Notes under the pieces: generated by a model
What the model was told of the DNA's origin: nothing
Database searches by the model: none
Seen by the model: only the letters and a program-made list of their open reading frames with translations
Made by a program: the position numbers and the translations under genes
Shown here: positions 1 through 5,324 of the stretch, in pieces
Position numbering within the stretch: the first letter of the stretch is position 1
Layout: each line of letters opens with the position of its first letter
IMG/VR virus record: IMGVR_UViG_3300028025_000556
Location: 1 to 27,658 of that record
DNA length: 27,658 nucleotides
Direction: 5' to 3' (one strand)
Origin: a virus
Lineage: Duplodnaviria > Caudoviricetes

Positions 1-109
1 CCGCCTCATTGACAAATAATGTGCCGTGAGTTGTCCAAGCGGTTTTGGTTTTACCCTCTGATTCATATTCACGGGCAGCAAATTTAATATCAAGCATTTG
101 TTTAGACAT
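1..109 (-). CDS. Partial hypothetical protein, possibly ssDNA-binding (runs off window start)
   Basis: Hand translation from ATG 109: MSKQMLDIKFAAREYESEGKTKTAWTTHGTLFVNEA. Start overlaps the exonuclease stop (102-104). Beta-hairpin-like pattern and position after the exo/SSAP pair. Confidence 0.55.
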   Translation of the reverse strand, partial: MSKQMLDIKFAAREYESEGKTKTAWTTHGTLFVNEA

Positions 110-728
110 TTTTGACTTTCATAAGTTGAGCAATTTTTATATCAAGTTCATTTAAGAATTTGACGATTTCATCTTCCATCAGTTTGATATACATATTGTC
201 CCTTGGGATACGTTTAACAAACAATTGAAGTTCTGCTGGTAGGCGATTGTCAAAACTGACAAAATCACACCAGCTACGGTCTGTGCAAGCCATTTGAAAT
301 TGCATTTGCGTGTTGTACTTGTTAGGCACAGTTTGACTAAGCAAAGTCTCAATGTGCGTGGCGGTGTTAGGGCATTTGATTTCTAGCAAACCATCATCCC
401 CCACAAGCCCGTCAGGGGACGCACCAGCCATTTCAATTGTGGGATGGGGTACAAACCCCACTTCATCCACTAAAACGTCTTTGAACGACTCATAAGCGGC
501 TCTGGCAAGAGGTTCTGTGTCTGTGCCATGTTGCATTGCTGAAGAAATAAAGAATTCTTCACGTTGCCTCGTTAGGCGCTCACACACCAACTGAGCCATG
601 TAGTTGGCTCGGGTTGCGGCATAGCCTGACTGTGTTTTGGCAAGTACATCAGCTACACGGGATGCTGTAACTTTACCAATTCGTGCCGCAAACCATTGGT
701 CTGAGCGTTGTTCAATCATTTCAATCAT
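102..728 (-). CDS. YqaJ-like (lambda exonuclease family) viral recombinase exonuclease, 208 aa
   Basis: QRSDQWFAARIGKVTAS, HGTDTEPLAR, GASPDGLV...LLEIKCP (PD-(D/E)xK), QMQFQM. Start moved to ATG 728, which overlaps the upstream stop (ATGA). Confidence 0.93.
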   Translation of the reverse strand: MIEMIEQRSDQWFAARIGKVTASRVADVLAKTQSGYAATRANYMAQLVCERLTRQREEFFISSAMQHGTDTEPLARAAYESFKDVLVDEVGFVPHPTIEMAGASPDGLVGDDGLLEIKCPNTATHIETLLSQTVPNKYNTQMQFQMACTDRSWCDFVSFDNRLPAELQLFVKRIPRDNMYIKLMEDEIVKFLNELDIKIAQLMKVKNV

Positions 729-1282
729 TTTAATTTTGCCTTTGCTTTGTCTTTGGCGGCAATAACTTTTATTTGCCAAGCCTTATCACCATCACAAGCC
801 GCATAAGCTACTTTGTAAGCTAGCTTTAAATCATCTTCTGTGGCGGCTGATTCAATAGCAGCAAACAAGTCTGTCATGCTATCTTCCTCAATGGTTGACT
901 CAGGCTCTACACCCTCTGGCAAATCTTCACCAGCGTAAATGTATAAACCCAAACCATGCAAGCCAAGTGCTTTAGTCATGCAACGCATGATTGCTGTATT
1001 GACTTGGAAAGCATCAGGGCTTTGAATGGCTTTGTTGCGATGATCCATTACAGGAAGTTGGCAAGTCATTGGTTTATCAAACATAGTAGCTGTGACCCAA
1101 ACCATTGCTGTGCCGTTTATGTCCATGAAACATTTATCACCAAACATTTCAACTTTAAACGTGGCTTTTGGATCAGCTTTAAGTGCTTCAGCCCATGCCC
1201 ATGCCCATGACAAATAAGTTAGGTTAACTTTTTTCTCTGTTTTGTGGCTTACATCAAGTTGTAAAAGTGTATGTGCATTCAT
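725..1282 (-). CDS. Single-strand annealing protein, Sak3/DUF1071-like
   Basis: LTYLSWAWAW, LPVMDHRNKAI, RCMTKALGLHGLGLYIYAGEDLP motifs; coupled to the exonuclease gene. Confidence 0.85.
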   Translation of the reverse strand: MNAHTLLQLDVSHKTEKKVNLTYLSWAWAWAEALKADPKATFKVEMFGDKCFMDINGTAMVWVTATMFDKPMTCQLPVMDHRNKAIQSPDAFQVNTAIMRCMTKALGLHGLGLYIYAGEDLPEGVEPESTIEEDSMTDLFAAIESAATEDDLKLAYKVAYAACDGDKAWQIKVIAAKDKAKAKLK

Positions 1283-1464
1283 GTTTCTTCCTTTAAATAA
1301 GCCGTGAGGCGTTTGATTCGGTCAAGGTGATAGTCACCCATGCGCCTGGCATATTCCTGTGCGCTAAGAGCCACTAACAGTTTGCGATGTGCCATTTCAA
1401 GTTCTTTAGCTGCTAACTCTTTAGCTGATGGCAAACGGAAGTAATCTTTGATGTGGTCAATCAT
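1279..1464 (-). CDS. Hypothetical helical protein, 61 aa
   Basis: MIDHIKDYFRLPSAKELAAKELE...; ATG 1464 overlaps the upstream TAA and the stop overlaps the SSAP ATG. Confidence 0.7.
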   Translation of the reverse strand: MIDHIKDYFRLPSAKELAAKELEMAHRKLLVALSAQEYARRMGDYHLDRIKRLTAYLKEET

Positions 1465-1556
1465 TAGCCTCTCCATGCAAGCATTACGCCAATGCCGCCA
1501 AAGATAATGATGGCAAGCACACATTCAATAAGTGTTTGGATAATCTTAGATTTCAT
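1464..1556 (-). CDS. 30-aa single-pass membrane peptide (absent from ORF track)
   Basis: MKSKIIQTLIECVLAIIIFGGIGVMLAWRG*; fills the gap between neighbours, TAATG overlap with next gene. Confidence 0.7.
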   Translation of the reverse strand: MKSKIIQTLIECVLAIIIFGGIGVMLAWRG

Positions 1557-1818
1557 TTTGTTCTTTCAGCATACGAGCGTGGTGAATCTTGGTTTTAGAC
1601 ATGATGTGTTGAAATTCGGATAAAGGCAGATCGCAAGAAATGTTGTCACCTTTTAGGTTAAAGACAAACACATCGTAAATTTCCGCTGAATTGTGGTCAT
1701 GCGGCATATTGATTTCTGCGGGGTAGTAGTCATAGCCGACTTTGACGTTTTCAAGCGTTGTGCCATTGTCATAAGACACAACGTCATCAAAATGGTATTG
1801 GAGTTTGTAGTCAATCAT
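1546..1818 (-). CDS. Hypothetical protein, first gene of leftward early operon, 90 aa
   Basis: ORF with AAGGA RBS upstream on minus strand, downstream of leftward promoter. Confidence 0.75.
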   Translation of the reverse strand: MIDYKLQYHFDDVVSYDNGTTLENVKVGYDYYPAEINMPHDHNSAEIYDVFVFNLKGDNISCDLPLSEFQHIMSKTKIHHARMLKEQNEI

Positions 1819-1865
1819 GCATCGTCCTTAAAAGTCCCTTATGCGTTGTGCTAGGGCATGGGTGG

Positions 1866-1895
1866 ACTATAACTTACCTTATATAACCAAGTCAA
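1866..1895 (-). promoter_or_regulatory. Leftward sigma70-type promoter (pL-like)
   Basis: Minus strand TTGACT (1895-1890), 18 nt, TATAGT (1871-1866). Confidence 0.7.
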
Positions 1896-1935
1896 CTGTA
1901 AGGTTATTAGCCAACTAATATACAATCTGCCTTAT
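1868..1935. promoter_or_regulatory. Three 14-bp pseudo-palindromic operator-like sites
   Basis: ATAAC-TTAC-CTTAT (1869-1882), ATTAG-CCAA-CTAAT (1906-1919), ACAAT-CTGC-CTTAT (1922-1935). They overlap both divergent promoters. Confidence 0.6.
1921..1926 (+). promoter_or_regulatory. -10 element for the Cro-like gene (probable leaderless transcript)
   Basis: TACAAT 7 nt before ATG 1934; no Shine-Dalgarno; no good -35. Confidence 0.55.
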
Positions 1936-2092
1936 GGACAAAAACAAGTTTATTGCACTAGCTGGCTCACAAGATGAGCTTGCCAAATTGTTAGGCATAA
2001 GCCAAGCGGCTGTGTCTCAATGGAAAACTGTGCCTCAAGCAAGAATTTGGCAATTAAAACTTTTGAAACCTGAATGGTTTGACAAGGCTTAA
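1934..2092 (+). CDS. cro: Cro-like HTH transcriptional regulator, 52 aa (absent from ORF track)
   Basis: MDKNKFIALAGSQDELAKLLGISQAAVSQWKTVPQARIWQLKLLKPEWFDKA*; classic HTH SQxELAKLLGISQAAVSQW; first rightward gene at the divergence point. Confidence 0.9.
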   Translation: MDKNKFIALAGSQDELAKLLGISQAAVSQWKTVPQARIWQLKLLKPEWFDKA

Positions 2093-2108
2093 AAAATATG
2101 TTTATAAT
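2079..2108 (+). promoter_or_regulatory. Consensus sigma70 promoter for the structured leader and replication operon
   Basis: TTGACA (2079-2084), 18 nt, TATAAT (2103-2108). Confidence 0.8.
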
Positions 2109-2511
2109 GAAATCGTCTGAGTGGCATCGGACGATGAAAGCAATTGAGAACCCCATAGATTTTTGTGTGGTCTTGCCTGACAACAGGCGAACTTTTGATT
2201 GCTTTCAATCGTTTGTTGTTGCTCTCGCCAAGAGCCAAGACCACAGAGCAATTTATGGGGTTTTTTGCGTTTGGCGGCTGTGCAATGCGGTACGTCGGTG
2301 GTTGCATTTAGGGATACCCTGTTACACGAGCGAACTAAAGCAGGGGCGGTGGGCGAAGGATAGAGCCGAGTGGTTTGGACGCAAGTCTAATAAGTCTGTC
2401 TTATGCGATGCGATGACATGGCTCCGAAGGGAAGTTATCCACAAGCAAAGCGATTGCTGTTTCAATACGGTAAGGCTTTGCTTTGCTCAAACAATCACCA
2501 AAGGGAAGTAA
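2098..2511 (+). CDS. Possible leader ORF spanning the structured RNA (start 2098 or 2134)
   Basis: Open for 137 codons; TAA 2509-2511 abuts ATG 2512 in the same frame. No recognisable domain; may be non-coding. Confidence 0.3.
   Translation: MFIMKSSEWHRTMKAIENPIDFCVVLPDNRRTFDCFQSFVVALAKSQDHRAIYGVFCVWRLCNAVRRWLHLGIPCYTSELKQGRWAKDRAEWFGRKSNKSVLCDAMTWLRREVIHKQSDCCFNTVRLCFAQTITKGK
2112..2266 (+). ncRNA. Structured leader/attenuator RNA ending in a U-tract
   Basis: Hairpin 2112-2120/2127-2135; long stem 2149-2161/2250-2262 and 2166-2175/2236-2245; inner stems 2179-2190/2209-2220 and 2221-2225/2231-2235; T6 at 2261-2266. Confidence 0.7.
2435..2443 (+). promoter_or_regulatory. DnaA box
   Basis: Exact TTATCCACA about 70 bp upstream of the replication gene. 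Confidence 0.5.
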
Positions 2512-2916
2512 ATGCAAGACTTATTCGGCAATGAGATACCTGAACAACAAAAGAAAACAGACGAAGGCTTTGATGAATTCTGGTCTGTTTACCCTAAGTG
2601 CTTCAGAAAAGGTGAGAAGGCTGCTTGCAAGAAAAAGTGGGCTGAGTCTTACTACTTTTCTCAGAAGCACATCATCTTAAAACACGTTCAATGGATGGCA
2701 ACCACAACGGCCTGGTTAAAAGATAACGGGGCATTTATTCCAGCCCCTAAGGTTTATTTAAACCAACAGCGATGGGATGGCGCTGACATCCCTGATGTAA
2801 AGCCTAAAGACTTGATAGACCCCGCCCTGGCTAAGATTGAAGCTGATTCAAAGAAGGCCGCACCGATGCCTGATCACATAAGACAAAAAATTGCACAAAT
2901 GAAAGGTAGGTCATGA
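2512..2916 (+). CDS. Replication protein resembling the C-terminal domain of phage replisome organisers, 134 aa
   Basis: FDEFWSVYPK...K...W and FIPAPKVYLNQQRWD motifs; lambda O position; no N-terminal HTH visible. Confidence 0.7.
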   Translation: MQDLFGNEIPEQQKKTDEGFDEFWSVYPKCFRKGEKAACKKKWAESYYFSQKHIILKHVQWMATTTAWLKDNGAFIPAPKVYLNQQRWDGADIPDVKPKDLIDPALAKIEADSKKAAPMPDHIRQKIAQMKGRS

Positions 2917-3739
2917 ATGAGTTGGCTCTTTTCGCAGGCGCTGGTGGAGGAATTCTCGGAGGCCATTTGCTTGGATGGCGAACAGTCTGTGCAGTTGAAT
3001 GGGAACAATACCCCGCAAGCGTACTGTGCGCCCGACAAAATGACGGGCTTCTCCCGCCTTTCCCGATTTGGGATGACGTACAAACCTTTGACGGAAACCC
3101 GTGGCGAGGAATTGTTGACGTTGTATCGGGAGGCTTTCCCTGTACGGACATTTCCATTGCTGGACGAGGCGCAGGGCTTGACGGAGAAAGTTCCTCAATG
3201 TGGTATCACATGGCGAGGGTGGTTAGCGAAGTTAGACCCAGATTCGTATTCGTGGAAAACAGCCCAATGCTCATTCATAGAGGAATCGGGAGAGTGCTTG
3301 CAGACCTTTCCAGCCTCGGGTTTGACACGAGGTGGACTGTTATGGGAGCAAATGAGGTCGGAGCGCCCCATCAAAGGGACAGAACGTGGATTGTGGCGCA
3401 CTCCAGACAGGGGGGGGGGGGGACATCTGGACTTCTCAAACAAGGCCAGAATCATCGAAAGAATGGCCAGCCCATCCAAATCAGATTGGTGGATCAAGTG
3501 AACAATCCAAGACTCTGGCCCACACCAGTAGCGAGAATGTACAAAGACGGGGGAAGCCCAGCGGAATACGCCAGGAACGAGATACCCCTAGCGGCACAGG
3601 TTGGTGGGCCGTTGAACCCAGAGTGGGTCGAGTGGCTGATGGGGTGGCCGCAAGAGTGGACAGACTTAAAGCCATTGGCAACGGACAAGTTCCACAAGTG
3701 GTCGCAGCAGTCTGGAGGAAATTAAGTGAATCACTATGA
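2913..3739 (+). CDS. C5 cytosine DNA methyltransferase, alpha-type chain (motifs I-VIII and X), frame-disrupted at the G13 tract
   Basis: LFAGAGG (I), SGGFPC (IV), VENS (VI), APHQRDR (VIII) in the 2913 frame. Motif X (RLKAIGNGQVP) lies in the 3386..3739 frame. As sequenced, the 2913 ORF ends at 3725. Confidence 0.85.
2917..3725 (+). CDS. Overprinted MTase beta-type chain (WxTP repeats and motif IX), frame-disrupted at the G13 tract
   Basis: ATG 2917 in +1 frame (ATGAATGAG double start behind AAGGTAGG), open 194 codons to 3501. With one extra G it continues into LWPTP...LNPEWVEWLMGWP and stops at 3725. Confidence 0.65.
3410..3422 (+). repeat. G13 homopolymer tract
   Basis: 13 consecutive G; I saw no comparable homopolymer elsewhere in the window. 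Confidence 0.95.
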
Positions 3740-3962
3740 AGCAAACAGAATTCTTGATCGGGTCAGAGAAGGACAACAATTTAGCGAGTTTGTCATTACA
3801 AGAGCGCTTGAACTTACGGGAGACTATGAGGAACACAGAAGCCCAAGAATGGATCAGGCGTTATCGGAAGAAAGCCTTGGAGGAGGGCAGGGGAGAAGCC
3901 CAATACTGGTGGCAACAGACATTGTTGGACATAGCGAGAAGGCGTGGGGAATCAGCCGCTGA
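3726..3962 (+). CDS. Hypothetical protein overlapping the next gene in another frame
   Basis: GTG directly after TAA 3723-3725 with GGAGG RBS upstream; amphipathic helical N-terminus (ANRILDRVREG...ITRALELTGD). Confidence 0.5.
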   Translation: MNHYEANRILDRVREGQQFSEFVITRALELTGDYEEHRSPRMDQALSEESLGGGQGRSPILVATDIVGHSEKAWGISR

Positions 3963-4005
3963 TGACTTACGCAGACGCATGAACGAACAGAAAGACAAAA
4001 AATGA
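3736..4005 (+). CDS. Hypothetical helical protein, 89 aa
   Basis: ATGA overlap with the MTase motif-X frame stop (3737-3739) and ATGA overlap with the rusA start; EAQEWIRRY...DIARRRGESAADDLRRRM. Confidence 0.65.
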   Translation: MKQTEFLIGSEKDNNLASLSLQERLNLRETMRNTEAQEWIRRYRKKALEEGRGEAQYWWQQTLLDIARRRGESAADDLRRRMNEQKDKK

Positions 4006-4421
4006 TTCAGATTATGTTCACGATCTATGGTGAGCCTGTACCCAAGGGCAGACCAAGGTTTTCCACAAGGGGAAAGTTCCCTGTTGCCTACACACCTGAA
4101 AAGACTAAAAACTATGAATCTGAGGTCGCAATGATGGCAAAGTCGGCAATGGGTGCATCAGAACCGCTAGAAGGGGCTTTGGAGGCATTTATTTACGTCA
4201 CCTTTCCTGTTCCCGCCTCTTACTCAAAAAAACGCACTGAGGCTTGTTTGAGCGATTCTGAGAAACACACCAAAAAGCCCGACTTGGATAATGTTGTTAA
4301 AGCGGTGCTTGATGGAATGTCAGACATCGTGTTTTTATCGGATTCACAAATCACATCCATCCATGCCACCAAGGTTTATGGCGAAGTGGCAAAAGTTGAA
4401 GTAATAGTGAGGCAAGCATGA
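4002..4421 (+). CDS. rusA: RusA-family Holliday junction resolvase
   Basis: GEPVPKGRPRF, KKPDLDNVVKAVLDGM, DSQI motifs. Confidence 0.92.
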   Translation: MIQIMFTIYGEPVPKGRPRFSTRGKFPVAYTPEKTKNYESEVAMMAKSAMGASEPLEGALEAFIYVTFPVPASYSKKRTEACLSDSEKHTKKPDLDNVVKAVLDGMSDIVFLSDSQITSIHATKVYGEVAKVEVIVRQA

Positions 4422-4819
4422 TTGTCACCCTACACAACAGCCAGCAGGCTCACACAGTCCTGAAAGACTTATGGCCCAAGATCAAAGAAACCTTACAGGC
4501 TGGTAAACAACTGCGATTGGAGGTCAAAAAAGCCACCCGCAGCACAGATCAGAACGATATGTTCCATGCCTTGATTGACATGGTTGCCAAGCAAATGAAG
4601 GGCGCTGGCAGTGCCTGGTCATCAGACGATTGGAAAAGGCTTTTAATCGACCAATGGGCGCATGAAACAGGGCGCAAGGTGGGCAAGGTTGCCCCAAGCC
4701 TAGACGGGGAACGAGTTGTTCAATTGGGACTGCAAAGCCACAAATTCACCAAAGAAGAAGGCTCAGAATTTATTGAATGGCTTTTGGCATGGATGGCAGA
4801 CAAAGGAATAGAAACATGA
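4418..4819 (+). CDS. ninB: NinB (Orf)-family recombination protein
   Basis: RSTDQNDMFHALI...W..DDWKRLL...PSLDG..VVQLG.QSHKF...SEFIEWL; nin-region position. Confidence 0.85.
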   Translation: MIVTLHNSQQAHTVLKDLWPKIKETLQAGKQLRLEVKKATRSTDQNDMFHALIDMVAKQMKGAGSAWSSDDWKRLLIDQWAHETGRKVGKVAPSLDGERVVQLGLQSHKFTKEEGSEFIEWLLAWMADKGIET

Positions 4820-5043
4820 TGTGTCCCCGTTGTGGCTCTGAAACCCTTAAAGTTTTAGACACCCGATCAAACCCCGAATTTGTAAGCCGCAAGCGCCAAT
4901 GCGAAAACAACCACAAGTTTTACACCAAAGAATATGCAATACCCGAAACACAAGTATGTGAGAAGCCAGAAACTGCTAAAATTAGTGGCGGCTCTATCCT
5001 GTCAGCTTTGTGGAACAGAACATGGAATTCAAGCAGCACATAG
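4816..5043 (+). CDS. NrdR-N/Ogr-like zinc-ribbon protein, 75 aa
   Basis: MMCPRCGSETLKVLDTRS...RKRQCENNHKFYTKE; ATGA coupling with ninB. Confidence 0.75.
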   Translation: MMCPRCGSETLKVLDTRSNPEFVSRKRQCENNHKFYTKEYAIPETQVCEKPETAKISGGSILSALWNRTWNSSST

Positions 5044-5260
5044 CAATTGGGGTGGCGGTAAAGGCCGTGGCATCAAAGCCGATGACAATCTAGTGGCGGC
5101 TTTATGCCAAACTTGTCATTACGACATTGACCAAGGTGCAAAGTGGTCAAAGGCTGAAAGACAGCAAGCATGGAACATAGCCCACTTTAAAACAGTTCAA
5201 TTGTTAGTGGACACAAACCAATGGCCTGTTGACATTCCTGTACCGGACATTGCAAAATGA
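4934..5260 (+). CDS. Zn-binding HNH-related putative nuclease (YbcO/DUF968-like)
   Basis: CQLCG...QAAHSN...GKGRGIKADD...ALCQTCHYDID. Confidence 0.7.
   Translation: MQYPKHKYVRSQKLLKLVAALSCQLCGTEHGIQAAHSNWGGGKGRGIKADDNLVAALCQTCHYDIDQGAKWSKAERQQAWNIAHFKTVQLLVDTNQWPVDIPVPDIAK
5229..5258 (+). promoter_or_regulatory. Candidate late promoter
   Basis: TTGACA (5229-5234), 18 nt, CAAAAT (5253-5258). Confidence 0.5.
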
Positions 5261-5290
5261 GTACGCTGACAAAATGCAGTTGCCAGCTTT

Positions 5291-5315
5291 TGGGGGCTGA
5301 TGCTCCCATTTTTTT
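5291..5315 (+). terminator. Intrinsic terminator between early and late regions
   Basis: TGGGGGC-TGAT-GCTCCCA stem followed by T7. Confidence 0.8.
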
Positions 5316-5324
5316 GAGGACACC

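Noticed and set aside
729-779. ORF-track N-terminal extensions (also starts 1524, 4777, 6847, 15782, 19307)
   Set aside because: Downstream ATGs with RBS or stop-start overlap fit better.
1834-1859. boxB-like GCCCT...AAGGG in the leftward leader
   Set aside because: Only about 4 bp of stem, a long loop, no boxA and no N-like gene.
2913-3725. Taking the 270-aa ORF as an intact single-chain C5 MTase
   Set aside because: It lacks motif X, which lies in another frame ending at an ATGA junction; better explained by a frameshift at the G tract.
3386-3739. Independent 117-aa gene from GTG 3386
   Set aside because: Weak RBS and meaningless N-terminus; reads as the displaced alpha C-terminus. Internal initiation is not fully excluded.
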